Positions 10,338-20,566 of a stretch of DNA of 64,000 nucleotides are shown here, one piece after another. How positions within the stretch are numbered: position 1 is the stretch's first letter; each line of letters starts with the position of its first letter. A model generated the notes under the pieces. It saw only the letters and a list, made by a program, of their open reading frames with translations, was not told where the DNA came from and made no database searches. The DNA comes from a virus: positions 1,877-65,876 of the IMG/VR virus record IMGVR_UViG_3300020021_000003; one strand, 5' to 3'. The translations under genes and the position numbers were made by a program.

Positions 10338-13255
10338 TATTGTCCTATCTGTAGACCATTAAGTCGAAGCTGTTCCTTCATAGTATCAACAATTACCTTA
10401 CCTATCTGCTGGGTCTCACCAGTAGATCCTGAATATGTAGAAGGAAGATTTACGTTGATATCACCGAAGGAGATGCCACCCTTACTGGAAGAGTTCTTTG
10501 TGACATTGGGATTGAATGAATTGTTTAGAAGAGTCTGTCGGATAGTCTCAGCCTGCTGAGCAGGAATGATCATCTCGCCCTGGTGAACAGTTGCCTTCTG
10601 ATCCTTGTCAATAGACCAGGCACCGTCGGCATACCAGTTGTTCTTCTGGTGGAATGACCATGCCTTGTCCGGAGATCCATAGCGGTCCTTGATGTAACCC
10701 ATCATCCAGGCTAACTGAGTATCCCCGTTAGTCTTCCAATCCATTCCCGCAGAATTGTACTTGGAAGCAGGAAGGGCTTGAGCTAGTCCATAGGCACCTG
10801 AGGTTGGATTAGTAGCATGTGGATTCCAACCAGCTTCAGACATCTCCAGAGCATTGAACGAAGACCACTGTCCTGCCCAGCCGTACTTTGCAAGCAAAGC
10901 CTTGGCGTAGGACTGGAGAGCTGACTTGCTGTTGTTTCCATTGGCCTTAGGTGTAGCGCCTAGGGAAGAGGAGCTGGAAGTCCCTGCGGCAGAAGCAGAC
11001 TGGCCAGTCATAGGAAGACCTCCTAGACTTCCTGCTAGAGCAGAGGCAACGACATCAGCTTCACTTGTCCCGAAGTTCCCGATGTCTCCACCGGACAGAT
11101 TCTGCTGGTTGTTCAAGGTGTTCTGGTTAGGAGCACTGTTGTTTCCCAGAGAACCCATGTTTCCGACAGAGCCGACAATACGGGAAGCACTGTCGAACTC
11201 AGAAGGACTGAATGCACGGATACGTACCTTCTCTCCTGTGTGAGGAGCTTCGATAACCTTTCCGCCACCGACAGACATAACAACGTGGTGAGCAGGATTA
11301 CCGACGAACAGAAGGTCACCAGGTTGTGTGGCATTAGTAGCCACCTGCTTCCCTGTCTTCTGCTGAGCGGAAGCAACACGTGGAATCTTTACTCCGGCCT
11401 TTCCGTACGCCCACTGAGTAAGGCCGGAACAGTCCATAGCCTTACCAGGAGTTTCGCCACCCCACACATAAGGAACACCTAACTGAGTCTCCGCAAACTT
11501 GATAACAGAAGCGTCAGTAGCCCCACCAGAACTCTGGTTGTTTCCTGCCGTATTTCCTGCACCGTTGTTACCAGAACTTGCCTGTCCATATCCAGCAGGA
11601 ATATTCAAAGAGGCACGTTCAGCAGCAGTCTGTGACTTAGTAGCGTTCAGGTGCTGCATTCTCCAGGACAAGAACTTAGTTATCGCTGAGTTAGCAGGCT
11701 TGCTTGCCCAGTTCTTCGCACTCTGCTTAGCTTGGTTACCAGCGCCGATAGCTGCAATACCTGCTCCAAGAACTGGAAGTGCAGCAACAGAGGATGCAGT
11801 TCCTAGAGAAGTAATACCATATACGCCACCAGCTCCGGCTGTAGTAGCTGTTAGCCCTCCGCCGAGTGCTCCAGTAGAAGAAGCTGCCGCAGCTCCTCCA
11901 CCAAATCCACCAAAGCCTCCCAGTAGCCCTGTACCGCCTCCGAATAGGCGCGCAGCTCCCAGGATACCTGTAGCCATTCCGAAGCCGTTAGAGAGGCCAC
12001 CGAGCGCATTAGAGACAGGGCTAGCAACACCAGCAGCCCCACCGATAATTCTGTTAAGACCACTACTCTTCATCAAGTTGTCGATAGCAGTAGTAAGAGA
12101 GTTCACAGCATTGGTTGTCTTGGTGAAAGCAGTAGCCATACTCTCATTGATGTCTGCCTGGTTTCCCATGGTTACAGAGTTCAGGTTACGCTGGGCTTCA
12201 AATGCAGAGGTTCCTACACCTACCTTCTTCAACTGAGCCTGAGCATTCTTGTTACCAGAACCTGCTTGGTTAAGAAGATTGTAATAAGAAGTAGAACTCA
12301 TACCGTTGTTCTGTGCGGATACCTGTCCCTTGATGAGTCCCTGGTATTCCTGTTGAGTAGATTGGCTCCAGCCTAACTGATTACCCAAGTACTGGAGGTT
12401 GACAGCAAGGGAGCCACCTTGAGCTGTAGCAGCAGAGTATCCGGCAGCAGTGATCTTCTGCGCGCCGAATGTTCGTGTATAGATCTGTGAGGCAATAGAG
12501 CCCATGGAATTCTTGATTCCACCACGTGATGTAGGAGTGATGGTGTTGATACCCAGTGCCGCACCCATCAAAGCTGAACGAGAGGTATAGCTCTGCTGCA
12601 AGGCAGTAGCGGCAGCCTGTGAACCCATTGTCGGATTAGCATAACCTAGAGCATTGGACTGACGCTGACCAGCAACGAACAGAGGATTAGACTGACCGTT
12701 GAGAATAGCGTTTCCATAAGTGAACTGATTAATATACCCACCAGCAGCAGCATCGTTGACACTCAGTGCTCCGTAGTTGTTACGGAATACAGAGTTGATC
12801 GCTACATTGTTTCCGGCTGTTCCGCCACCACCAAGAGCTGCCTGAGTACCAAAGAAGTTCTCCTGCAACATGTTGGACATGTTCTTGTTGCCGTAGCTCG
12901 TAGCAGCAGAAGCCACAGAAGCACTAGCCGCTAGAGTAAATCCTAGCTTTCCACCGACCTGGCTTCCCAGACGGCTTCCGTAAGAAGCTCCTCCACCGTT
13001 TCCTCTACCATTGGAACCGAAGGTTGCAGAACTACTGAAGCCTCCTCCACCACCGTTACCTGAGTACCCTGTTCTATTTGACTGGGCATTCCAAGCGGAC
13101 CCAGCGGAGTTTCCGTTGGATCTACTTGTGCTTCCGGACAAACTGCTGACAGCGGAAGTCAGTTTGTTAACTTGTGTGGACAAAGAATCAACCGCCGACT
13201 GTAGACCATTGGTCCCAATCAAGCGGCTGGCTCCGATATTGTTTTCCTCAGCCAT
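10337..13255 (-). CDS. Tape measure protein with NlpC/P60 and lytic transglycosylase domains
   Basis: G/A/S-rich 972 aa. GVPYVWGG..DCSGLTQWAY..HHV (NlpC/P60) and EAGWNPHATNPTSGAYGLAQAL (SLT-like). Confidence 0.9.
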   Translation of the reverse strand: MAEENNIGASRLIGTNGLQSAVDSLSTQVNKLTSAVSSLSGSTSRSNGNSAGSAWNAQSNRTGYSGNGGGGGFSSSATFGSNGRGNGGGASYGSRLGSQVGGKLGFTLAASASVASAATSYGNKNMSNMLQENFFGTQAALGGGGTAGNNVAINSVFRNNYGALSVNDAAAGGYINQFTYGNAILNGQSNPLFVAGQRQSNALGYANPTMGSQAAATALQQSYTSRSALMGAALGINTITPTSRGGIKNSMGSIASQIYTRTFGAQKITAAGYSAATAQGGSLAVNLQYLGNQLGWSQSTQQEYQGLIKGQVSAQNNGMSSTSYYNLLNQAGSGNKNAQAQLKKVGVGTSAFEAQRNLNSVTMGNQADINESMATAFTKTTNAVNSLTTAIDNLMKSSGLNRIIGGAAGVASPVSNALGGLSNGFGMATGILGAARLFGGGTGLLGGFGGFGGGAAAASSTGALGGGLTATTAGAGGVYGITSLGTASSVAALPVLGAGIAAIGAGNQAKQSAKNWASKPANSAITKFLSWRMQHLNATKSQTAAERASLNIPAGYGQASSGNNGAGNTAGNNQSSGGATDASVIKFAETQLGVPYVWGGETPGKAMDCSGLTQWAYGKAGVKIPRVASAQQKTGKQVATNATQPGDLLFVGNPAHHVVMSVGGGKVIEAPHTGEKVRIRAFSPSEFDSASRIVGSVGNMGSLGNNSAPNQNTLNNQQNLSGGDIGNFGTSEADVVASALAGSLGGLPMTGQSASAAGTSSSSSLGATPKANGNNSKSALQSYAKALLAKYGWAGQWSSFNALEMSEAGWNPHATNPTSGAYGLAQALPASKYNSAGMDWKTNGDTQLAWMMGYIKDRYGSPDKAWSFHQKNNWYADGAWSIDKDQKATVHQGEMIIPAQQAETIRQTLLNNSFNPNVTKNSSSKGGISFGDINVNLPSTYSGSTGETQQIGKVIVDTMKEQLRLNGLQIGQ

Positions 13256-13290
13256 TTAGATTCCTTTGTAGAAGTTGTACTTTCATTATA

Positions 13291-13521
13291 TTACCTAAAC
13301 GGAATACCACTGAAAGCAGTTCCTTGCCCTACGGATCTCGTAATGGTCTGAGTTGCGTTATTCAATTGGTGCATTCTTTCGTATTCCTGTTCGAGCTTGT
13401 ACAGGTACCTCTTGACCCAGTGCTTGCGTTCCCTGTAGCTGAGCTTACGGGACTCTGACACGGACCAGTTGAATGCGTCTACTAACTGCTCATAGTCGTT
13501 GTAAAGACTCTTGTAATTAAA
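13291..13521 (-). CDS. Frameshift-dependent C-terminal extension of the tail assembly chaperone
   Basis: Open +1 frame FNYKSLYNDYEQLVDAFNWSVSESRKLSYRERKHWVKR...PFR* has no early start codon and overlaps CTT TAA of the upstream ORF. Confidence 0.75.
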   Translation of the reverse strand, partial: FNYKSLYNDYEQLVDAFNWSVSESRKLSYRERKHWVKRYLYKLEQEYERMHQLNNATQTITRSVGQGTAFSGIPFR

Positions 13522-14380
13522 GTTCGCGAAACAGAATACCCACGTTCAGCGGGACAAGAACCTCTCCTTCGCAAGAGTGGCAAGGTGCCACAACCTGGTC
13601 GTAACGTGGTCCGGGTTGATTGTTGAAGATGAACTTCTCCACAGTATTTCTATCCTGGATACCCATCTTCTTTACGTGAGCCAGACCATTGCAAGGGATC
13701 TCTGTTCCGTCTGCTTCAACGAAGGAAAGAATACATGCGGCCAGAGTAATGTGGTTCATCTCCGGCACAGTCATGACAGTCTTGTAGATCTCTGTCTGCA
13801 CAGCACCGTTAGGGAACTGGACTCTAGCCTGACGCCCCTTCTTTAGGGGAACAAGGAAGTCTCTGATCTCAGGATTGTCCAAGCTCTTGACAGGAATAGA
13901 ACTGAGATTCATCTCCATGTCATTGTGCTCGCCACAATGAGGACACTCGACATTGAATACTTCGAAGGTATCTCCGAAGGTTGCCTTTCTAATACCGAGC
14001 ATCAGTACGTCAAGGTCACCTTGTAGAAGGGAGTCCAGAACACTAGGAGTTGCTGGGGTATCTCCGATAGAGACTATCCCGCACTGGAGAATAGTATTGA
14101 TGTACTTGGCAGGGTTGTTCGTTATACGAGCCTTTTCAATCTTCTCTTCGTGCTCTCCGTTCAGCTCCTGGACCTCAGCCTCTAGGACTACCTTGCTGTC
14201 TACAATAATTCCAGCACAGAGCTTTACATAAGTGTCGGGCAGTTCTTCAATGACAGGGGTCGGATTCAGGGACTGGAGTACCTTCTTGGTGAGGGCATTC
14301 ATGTCTGTGTCCTGAGCTGTGTGTACCGACCCCTGATCATCGTCGAAAGACATAGAGTACTGGGGCAGTTCGTAATCCAT
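13517..14380 (-). CDS. Tail/baseplate assembly chaperone (T4 gp26/gp51-like, zinc-binding)
   Basis: LL.GD.D.LML.IRKATFG, CPHC and CHSC motifs, between tube and tape measure. Confidence 0.8.
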   Translation of the reverse strand: MDYELPQYSMSFDDDQGSVHTAQDTDMNALTKKVLQSLNPTPVIEELPDTYVKLCAGIIVDSKVVLEAEVQELNGEHEEKIEKARITNNPAKYINTILQCGIVSIGDTPATPSVLDSLLQGDLDVLMLGIRKATFGDTFEVFNVECPHCGEHNDMEMNLSSIPVKSLDNPEIRDFLVPLKKGRQARVQFPNGAVQTEIYKTVMTVPEMNHITLAACILSFVEADGTEIPCNGLAHVKKMGIQDRNTVEKFIFNNQPGPRYDQVVAPCHSCEGEVLVPLNVGILFREL

Positions 14381-14424
14381 TAAAACTCCAGTTGTTGATT
14401 CGTATTGGGTACTAGTAGTCTATC

Positions 14425-15021
14425 TTACTGACCAGAAGAATTGAAGGCTACTCCAGTAAGCCCGATCTTTGCGGCTAGCTTGTAGTCGAATCCTTCATGA
14501 GCTAGAGAGAGCTGCTGCATAAGAACTGCGTTTGCTCCGGCATCTAGATCGGAGAAGGCAATACTGGTAGGCCAAGCATTGTAGATTCTATAGACAGCCT
14601 TGACAGGAACTACTGGTGTAGTAACAGGGAAGTCAAGAACCATTACGTCTACAGTTGCACGGAAGTCCTGACCAGGTGCGCCAGTTCCTGTTCCCTGCAT
14701 TACTGTGAACAGTTCCTTCATCCATGCCCACATAGGTCCTGCACCAACTGCTACACCCTGACTTAACGTGATAGGTGCGAAGTCGCTCTGCCCAGGCATC
14801 TTCTGCGTAGTAGTATTCATACCACCTTCACGGTATGGGATAACTTCAGTAGTGATATTCAACCCACTGACAGTCATGAATCCCATAGACGCGAAGCCAC
14901 CAAGAGTGGGGTGCATGATATTCACATTGAAACGGAAGTTACGTAAAGGGTCTGTCGCAAGGTGAGCGATAGAGGGCTTTACAGTAACGGATGAGGCAGA
15001 AGCGGTTGTACTGTTTGCCAT
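14425..15021 (-). CDS. Tail tube protein (T4 gp19-like)
   Basis: DPLRNFRF, GF..VSGL...TEVIPYREGG and YNAWP motifs. Start placed at ATG 15021 behind an AGGAG RBS. Confidence 0.92.
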   Translation of the reverse strand: MANSTTASASSVTVKPSIAHLATDPLRNFRFNVNIMHPTLGGFASMGFMTVSGLNITTEVIPYREGGMNTTTQKMPGQSDFAPITLSQGVAVGAGPMWAWMKELFTVMQGTGTGAPGQDFRATVDVMVLDFPVTTPVVPVKAVYRIYNAWPTSIAFSDLDAGANAVLMQQLSLAHEGFDYKLAAKIGLTGVAFNSSGQ

Positions 15022-15031
15022 GGAGGACTCC

Positions 15032-16933
15032 TTATCCTGTTGTGGTTGCTGAAGCAGCCATCTGGTTGATGTCAATTACGACGAATTCCGCAGGACTGTT
15101 CAAGGCCACACCAACCTGCACATGAACTTCCCCAGCCGCAATGGATGTAGGAGTGTTGTTACCGGAGTCACACTCTACGAAGAATGCCTGATCCGCAGTA
15201 CTTCCCTGGAGAACGTTTGTCTGCCATAGGCTCTGTAGGTACTGAGAGACCACTGCATCTAGTCGTGACCATAGAGTTGAGTTGTTGTTCTCGAATACAG
15301 CGAACTGTGTAAGCTGTGTCAAGTTCAGAGTCAAGCTCATCAAGGTACGCTCGATAGAGACGTAACGGCTAGGAAGGTTAGGCATAAGAGTTCTTGCTCC
15401 CATGACACAGATACCGTAGCTGGATACGTTGCGGATGATGTTGACTCCGTTAGTATTCAGGACGTCTAGGTTGCTGTTCTGGAAAGCTATCTCGGTTGAA
15501 GCAATTCTCTGTAGAGGAATGGATACTCCAGCAGGAGACTTCTGTACACCAACCTGTGCATCTGTCTGTGAGTACAGACCTAGGACAGCTCCACCAGGTG
15601 GAAGGGAACGAGTAGCTCCCGGAACTGTAGAGATAGGGTCAGGAACTTCTAGCCATGGTCCGTACAGGGCTACGGAAGCTGCTGGAGTAATCTGGTTACT
15701 TCCGACAACCATTGCCAGGTATTCGTTTACAGTTGCGGCTTCATTAGGAGTAACTCCGTCTGATCCGATAATTGCCTGAGGTACATCTACTACTGCGAAT
15801 AGATTAGGCTGTGTTTCAATCCAAGAAAGAATTGGGTTGAGGGTAGCTGTAGAGCTTACGCCTGGCAGGTTTATATCCATGTTGGTCTGGATAGTAGACA
15901 GGGTCTGAGTAGCTGCTAGAAGACTTGGAGTAGCTGAACCGTCAGAACCAGCGGCTAGTGCAACAGCGCTCTGTGTCTGTGGAGTAATAGCAGCATTCCA
16001 AGTTGTGTAAGTTCCCAGGTCGATTGCGCGAATGTAACTGGAACCAAGCAGTGTGGAGTTGATCATAGCCACAGCGTAACGCTGGTCAGTTCTGTTCATG
16101 CTGACATCAAGGAACTGCTCTACGATGCTTGCGTTGTTTGTTCCGCCGTATCGTACAACGACATTGAATCTACCGGCTCCGGTTGTGCTGTCAGTGATAT
16201 CAATGTAGATCTGGTTCCCCCATACACCTACAGCAATGCAGGAAAGCTTAAGGATAGGTACAGGAGTTCCTGTTGTATTGAACATAGGAATTGGTGTAAG
16301 CGGTGTGAAGGTACCATCATCAGTAAAGGTGACAGTAGCCTGACCTGATACAGAACTCAGTAGAAGAGGAACAGCTAGAACTCCGCCAGTTGTCAGGTTA
16401 CGACGGTAGATAGAATAGCCAGTAGCAGCGGTTACAGCAGTCCAAGTAAGGACTACCTTGTTGGTAGAAGTCAATACCTGGTTAGCTACTGCGGTTACCG
16501 GAGTTCCTCCGTTGGTTTCCCCGGAAGCGTTCTTTGCTGTGACTGTGTACTCATAGGTATATGAAGGAGTTACAGTTCCCGCAGGAGCTGCACCTACTCC
16601 AGTTGGAGGAAGAATTCCACCAACACCTACTTCACGGTCATTCAAAGTCTCAGTAGCAGTAACTGCATCAGAAGCCGCAGCTCTTACTACATAGCACTGG
16701 TTTCCATTGTTGGCGAAGTACTGCCACACAGCGAATGGAAGGTAGTTGGCGATATTTCCGAATCCTCCGTAGAGGTTCATGAAGTTGTTCCAACTTGTTA
16801 CAAGAGTTGGCTGTGTAGGACCCTGAGTATGCACCCCTACAAATGCAGCCGTAGACTGTCCTGGACTGGTTGTCCCAGTAGACAGCGGAGTCAATGATGT
16901 GTTTACATACACACCAGGACGCTGGTAGGTCAT
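15032..16933 (-). CDS. Tail sheath protein
   Basis: YQRPGVYV N-terminus, YGPWL..PD, G..VMGART and FAVFE.N sheath motifs. Confidence 0.95.
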   Translation of the reverse strand: MTYQRPGVYVNTSLTPLSTGTTSPGQSTAAFVGVHTQGPTQPTLVTSWNNFMNLYGGFGNIANYLPFAVWQYFANNGNQCYVVRAAASDAVTATETLNDREVGVGGILPPTGVGAAPAGTVTPSYTYEYTVTAKNASGETNGGTPVTAVANQVLTSTNKVVLTWTAVTAATGYSIYRRNLTTGGVLAVPLLLSSVSGQATVTFTDDGTFTPLTPIPMFNTTGTPVPILKLSCIAVGVWGNQIYIDITDSTTGAGRFNVVVRYGGTNNASIVEQFLDVSMNRTDQRYAVAMINSTLLGSSYIRAIDLGTYTTWNAAITPQTQSAVALAAGSDGSATPSLLAATQTLSTIQTNMDINLPGVSSTATLNPILSWIETQPNLFAVVDVPQAIIGSDGVTPNEAATVNEYLAMVVGSNQITPAASVALYGPWLEVPDPISTVPGATRSLPPGGAVLGLYSQTDAQVGVQKSPAGVSIPLQRIASTEIAFQNSNLDVLNTNGVNIIRNVSSYGICVMGARTLMPNLPSRYVSIERTLMSLTLNLTQLTQFAVFENNNSTLWSRLDAVVSQYLQSLWQTNVLQGSTADQAFFVECDSGNNTPTSIAAGEVHVQVGVALNSPAEFVVIDINQMAASATTTG

Positions 16934-16966
16934 ATAAATCTCCTAGCTGAATAATTAAGTAGTGGC

Positions 16967-18343
16967 TTACGTGTGGTCTACAATAAACCATGCGACGGTA
17001 GAAGTATCTGTACCGCTAGTACTTGTGATAACAAAACTTGTACCAGCAGTAATAGTAGATACACGAAGTGCACCAGCAGTTCCACCAGTATTCTGTGCCG
17101 TCAAGAATATACGGCTATTAGCATTTACAGCGCTTGTTGCTACTGTAATTGTACCGGCTGTCATAGCACCAGTAATTCCCATCTTAGCATTAGAACCTTC
17201 TGCAACCTTCAGTCCTCTACCTGCGGTAACAATAGCTAAGTCAGTTGTAGTAAGACCAAACTGGTTGGCGGCTGTTCTACCGAAGGTTACGTCTCTTGCC
17301 AGTGCTCCGGTTCCAATGGTTGTGGTTCCGTCTGCTGTAGTTCTGTGGCGATCGAATGTGTCACCAGAGACCTGGATACCGATAGCTGTCGTACCAGCAG
17401 AAACAGCATTGACTTCGAACTGGCTGTCAGTCTGTAGGATACCTGTTCCACCACGGTAAAGGTTCGTATCAGTAGTAGATACTCCAAGACCCCAGTTGTG
17501 CCCACCATCAGCATTCATTTGGAATCTAGCAGTGGCATCTCCAGTAACTCTGGAAGTCACTACTCCTGTATTAGCTGTTGCGCCAGTGAAAGAGTTGGAC
17601 AGTGAGTTGGTTGCTCCGCTGAATGTCTTCACTCCAGCTATTGTCTGGTTGGTTGTCAGGTCAACGAAGTTCTGAGTCGTTGAAGCTGTTCCACCTTGGG
17701 CAATAGGAAGCGGAGCTGAAAGGTGGGTAACCAGAACAGTAGGGTTTGGGTACGTAGAACCTAGGTCTCCACCAGCGGAACCGTTAGGTGGAGAAGCTGG
17801 TGCCGCTTGCCAAGTAGCAGCAGTTCCAGAAGTGGCCACAAGTACTTGGTTAGCAGAAGGTGCAGCAGGAACGGATGTTCCATTGATCTTCGCTACGGTT
17901 GGTCCTGGGAAAGTTCCGGACAGGTCACCAGAAGGAGACTGCCATGTTGAAGCCGTTCCGCTGGTAGCAACTAAAGCCTGCCCCATTGTAGGAGTTGCGG
18001 GTACTGAAGTTCCGTTAACTTTAGCCACAGTAGGATTTGGATATGTACCAGAAAGATTTCCACCTGCGGCGCCAGTAGGAGAAGCTCCAGCAGTATTCCA
18101 TGCCGCAGCAGTTCCAGAGGTAGCTACAATGGTCTGCCCGGATGTAGGTGTTCCAGTTACTGCTACACCATTGACCTGCATAACAGCAGGGTTAGGATAA
18201 GTTCCCCCTAGATCCCCGCCTGCTGGACCAGTTGGAGCACCACCTACAGTGATGGAACTGATCTGGGCTTGTAGATTTGCCAGTGCCGTATTAAGGGCTA
18301 TGTCCCAGTTCAGGGATCCCTTTACAGGTAGAACGATTGCCAT
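16967..18343 (-). CDS. Neck/collar fibre protein with GDLxGTYPNP repeats
   Basis: Four to five AGGDLxGTYPNPTV-like repeats, positioned between neck genes and sheath. Confidence 0.65.
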   Translation of the reverse strand: MAIVLPVKGSLNWDIALNTALANLQAQISSITVGGAPTGPAGGDLGGTYPNPAVMQVNGVAVTGTPTSGQTIVATSGTAAAWNTAGASPTGAAGGNLSGTYPNPTVAKVNGTSVPATPTMGQALVATSGTASTWQSPSGDLSGTFPGPTVAKINGTSVPAAPSANQVLVATSGTAATWQAAPASPPNGSAGGDLGSTYPNPTVLVTHLSAPLPIAQGGTASTTQNFVDLTTNQTIAGVKTFSGATNSLSNSFTGATANTGVVTSRVTGDATARFQMNADGGHNWGLGVSTTDTNLYRGGTGILQTDSQFEVNAVSAGTTAIGIQVSGDTFDRHRTTADGTTTIGTGALARDVTFGRTAANQFGLTTTDLAIVTAGRGLKVAEGSNAKMGITGAMTAGTITVATSAVNANSRIFLTAQNTGGTAGALRVSTITAGTSFVITSTSGTDTSTVAWFIVDHT

Positions 18344-18373
18344 AGTTTCCTCAATGTCTTTTACTGGCGCGGG

Positions 18374-18988
18374 TTATTCGGGAAGAATCTCAAGGTCGTT
18401 GACAACTGTCTGTACCTTGTAATAGGTATCGATTTCAACAGGTAGTAGTTCAGTAGACACACGTACAGTGTAGACAGAATGGAATACTCTCTTGTCGTCA
18501 GCGTCATGGGTATTCTGACGTTCAGGACCAGCAGTAAGATCCAGTCTTCTTACTGTTCCGTCCTCTGGTATAGCGAGGTAACCATGTCGTACGCTCAAGT
18601 AGTCCTGCCCGGAAAGTACTGCCTGTAGGAATGTAGCGTGCTTATTATTTCGGGTAAGAACTTCTATCTGATAATCAATATTATACGGGATAGGAGTAAA
18701 CGCCCAATAGGGACTAGTAGTAACATCCTCGTTGGTATCAGACGCCCAAGTCTGAAAGTTCTCAGGAGTATAAGGAAGCTGAAACCATCCGGAAGCCGCA
18801 CGTTCGGCATCATAGGAAAGACCCGTATTGCAGATGACAATGGAAGGATAGGTGAGATTGGTAAGCTCAACATCAGAGTCCAACCAGATCACCTGTACGG
18901 GTCTTCCTGTATTGGGTGCATTGACATCCTGTACAACCAGGCCAGAGAACTTGTTCTTCATGGCGCGGTCTTCGTTGAAGATAAACAT
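18374..18988 (-). CDS. Tail terminator / sheath stabiliser-like protein
   Basis: YPSIVI and P.PYNIDYQI motifs, neck position. Confidence 0.6.
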   Translation of the reverse strand: MFIFNEDRAMKNKFSGLVVQDVNAPNTGRPVQVIWLDSDVELTNLTYPSIVICNTGLSYDAERAASGWFQLPYTPENFQTWASDTNEDVTTSPYWAFTPIPYNIDYQIEVLTRNNKHATFLQAVLSGQDYLSVRHGYLAIPEDGTVRRLDLTAGPERQNTHDADDKRVFHSVYTVRVSTELLPVEIDTYYKVQTVVNDLEILPE

Positions 18989-18996
18989 TGTTCTCC

Positions 18997-19701
18997 TTAT
19001 CCTGTTGGGAAGTCTTGAGGTGCTGCTGGTCCTCTTAGTGTAGGAATAACCTGTCTCAGTTCCTTGCTCATGGAATGCGGTGAAGTCTTACCTGTGTAGT
19101 CCAGTGGGTAGACTCCTCTTCCAGTGTCGTACGGATCGTAGACAGTATCGTTAAGGCTCCATCTCTGGCTGAACTGCTTGTCGTTCGGTGCCGCGTACTG
19201 TGCGAACTGGAGATCGTTAACCATCTCATCAGGCTTCACTTGAGTAGCATCGATGGAGACAATAATGTCTCGCTGCTGAATCTGTCCCATGACCTCCATA
19301 CGGGTAACACGGAAGACCTTAGTATCGTAGACAAAGCGATCCTTCAAGTAATTCTGAGTATTCAGGTCTACTCTGTCCAGACCCATACGCTTTATCTGGT
19401 CGAAGGACATTGTGATATGAGCTGTGTCGTTGTAGTAGAACCCGTCTACTCCATCGTCGTTGGCTCCCTCAGTGTGGAGTACGTGGAGAGCTGGGATCAG
19501 CATCGGTCCGTCATAGACACGGCCATTAGGAGAATCAGCTTCTCCGTACACCGGATCATTAGAGGACTGGTCATAGGCGAAACGGAAGTAGTAGAACTGA
19601 TCTCCAGTCCATCTCTGCCAATCACGAAGACCCCCGTAGATAGAGGCTGTTTCAAAATCGACAGAGAATCGGCCACCCTTCCAGCCAGCGCGGTCAATCA
19701 T
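18997..19701 (-). CDS. Neck / head-closure protein
   Basis: Long ORF in the neck region. Start placed at ATG 19701 behind GGTG, since the track start overlaps the upstream gene. Confidence 0.55.
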   Translation of the reverse strand: MIDRAGWKGGRFSVDFETASIYGGLRDWQRWTGDQFYYFRFAYDQSSNDPVYGEADSPNGRVYDGPMLIPALHVLHTEGANDDGVDGFYYNDTAHITMSFDQIKRMGLDRVDLNTQNYLKDRFVYDTKVFRVTRMEVMGQIQQRDIIVSIDATQVKPDEMVNDLQFAQYAAPNDKQFSQRWSLNDTVYDPYDTGRGVYPLDYTGKTSPHSMSKELRQVIPTLRGPAAPQDFPTG

Positions 19702-19735
19702 GTGAAACACCATCTTTCTACAGGGGTCCTCATTT

Positions 19736-20560
19736 TTACAAGCCCCACATTCCACCAAAAATTGGGGAATCCAGATTGGACTCGTCTTCGTCTCTTGCAT
19801 TGATCGGAGGAAGCTGACGACGTGGAAGCGTGTAGTCGTCGTACTCTCTGTCCTCGAAGATCGGTACCAGACGTCCAGTAGTAAGAGAGACTCTTCTGAT
19901 CTTGGACATCTCTATTGCATTCAGTCCGACATTCAGCATTGCACATAGCTGCTGGTATCTGTCGTACATTCCATCTATCTGTTCGCGCAACTGCTGATAT
20001 CTCTGGCTTCGTGGAACTGTAGTTCCGTCAGCGGAAGAGATATCGATATCAGTAGAAGCGTCAGTAGCCAGAGCCCACAGAGCATCTATAGTTGCACGGA
20101 GAGCTACTAGGGTTCCTTCTATGTCCGGAAGGTTGGACAGGTCCATCGGTACAGTGATGTACTTGATGAAGCCATTGGAGTCCTTGAATCGGGTCTTGAC
20201 AGTTCTACCGTTGACGTGTTGTAGAACCGCGTCATTGATGAAGTCTGTAAGCTCCTCATCAGAGAACATTCCACTCGCCTGCCCAGATACGATCAACGTA
20301 TCTCCTTGAGGCAGAGGAGCAGGCGCGCCTATAAGATAGACACGACCTTCCTGGTAATTCAAGCTGTAGTCGGTCTCTGCAACCAGAGGAACAGCTACCT
20401 GATTTCTGATCCACATAACTGAGACATTCCAGATATTGAAATCAGTCAGGTCATAGGAAGACAGCATTCCCGTTCCCAGGAAGGTGTCTGAGAAAGGTGC
20501 TCCGGTATCTCCCAGTTCAATACGGACTCTTCTTATGATGTCCTGTGTAGTGAAGGGCAT
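19736..20560 (-). CDS. Head-tail adaptor / head completion protein
   Basis: RRVRIELGD and FSDEELTDFI motifs, two genes after the capsid. Confidence 0.6.
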   Translation of the reverse strand: MPFTTQDIIRRVRIELGDTGAPFSDTFLGTGMLSSYDLTDFNIWNVSVMWIRNQVAVPLVAETDYSLNYQEGRVYLIGAPAPLPQGDTLIVSGQASGMFSDEELTDFINDAVLQHVNGRTVKTRFKDSNGFIKYITVPMDLSNLPDIEGTLVALRATIDALWALATDASTDIDISSADGTTVPRSQRYQQLREQIDGMYDRYQQLCAMLNVGLNAIEMSKIRRVSLTTGRLVPIFEDREYDDYTLPRRQLPPINARDEDESNLDSPIFGGMWGL

Positions 20561-20566
20561 GAGAAC

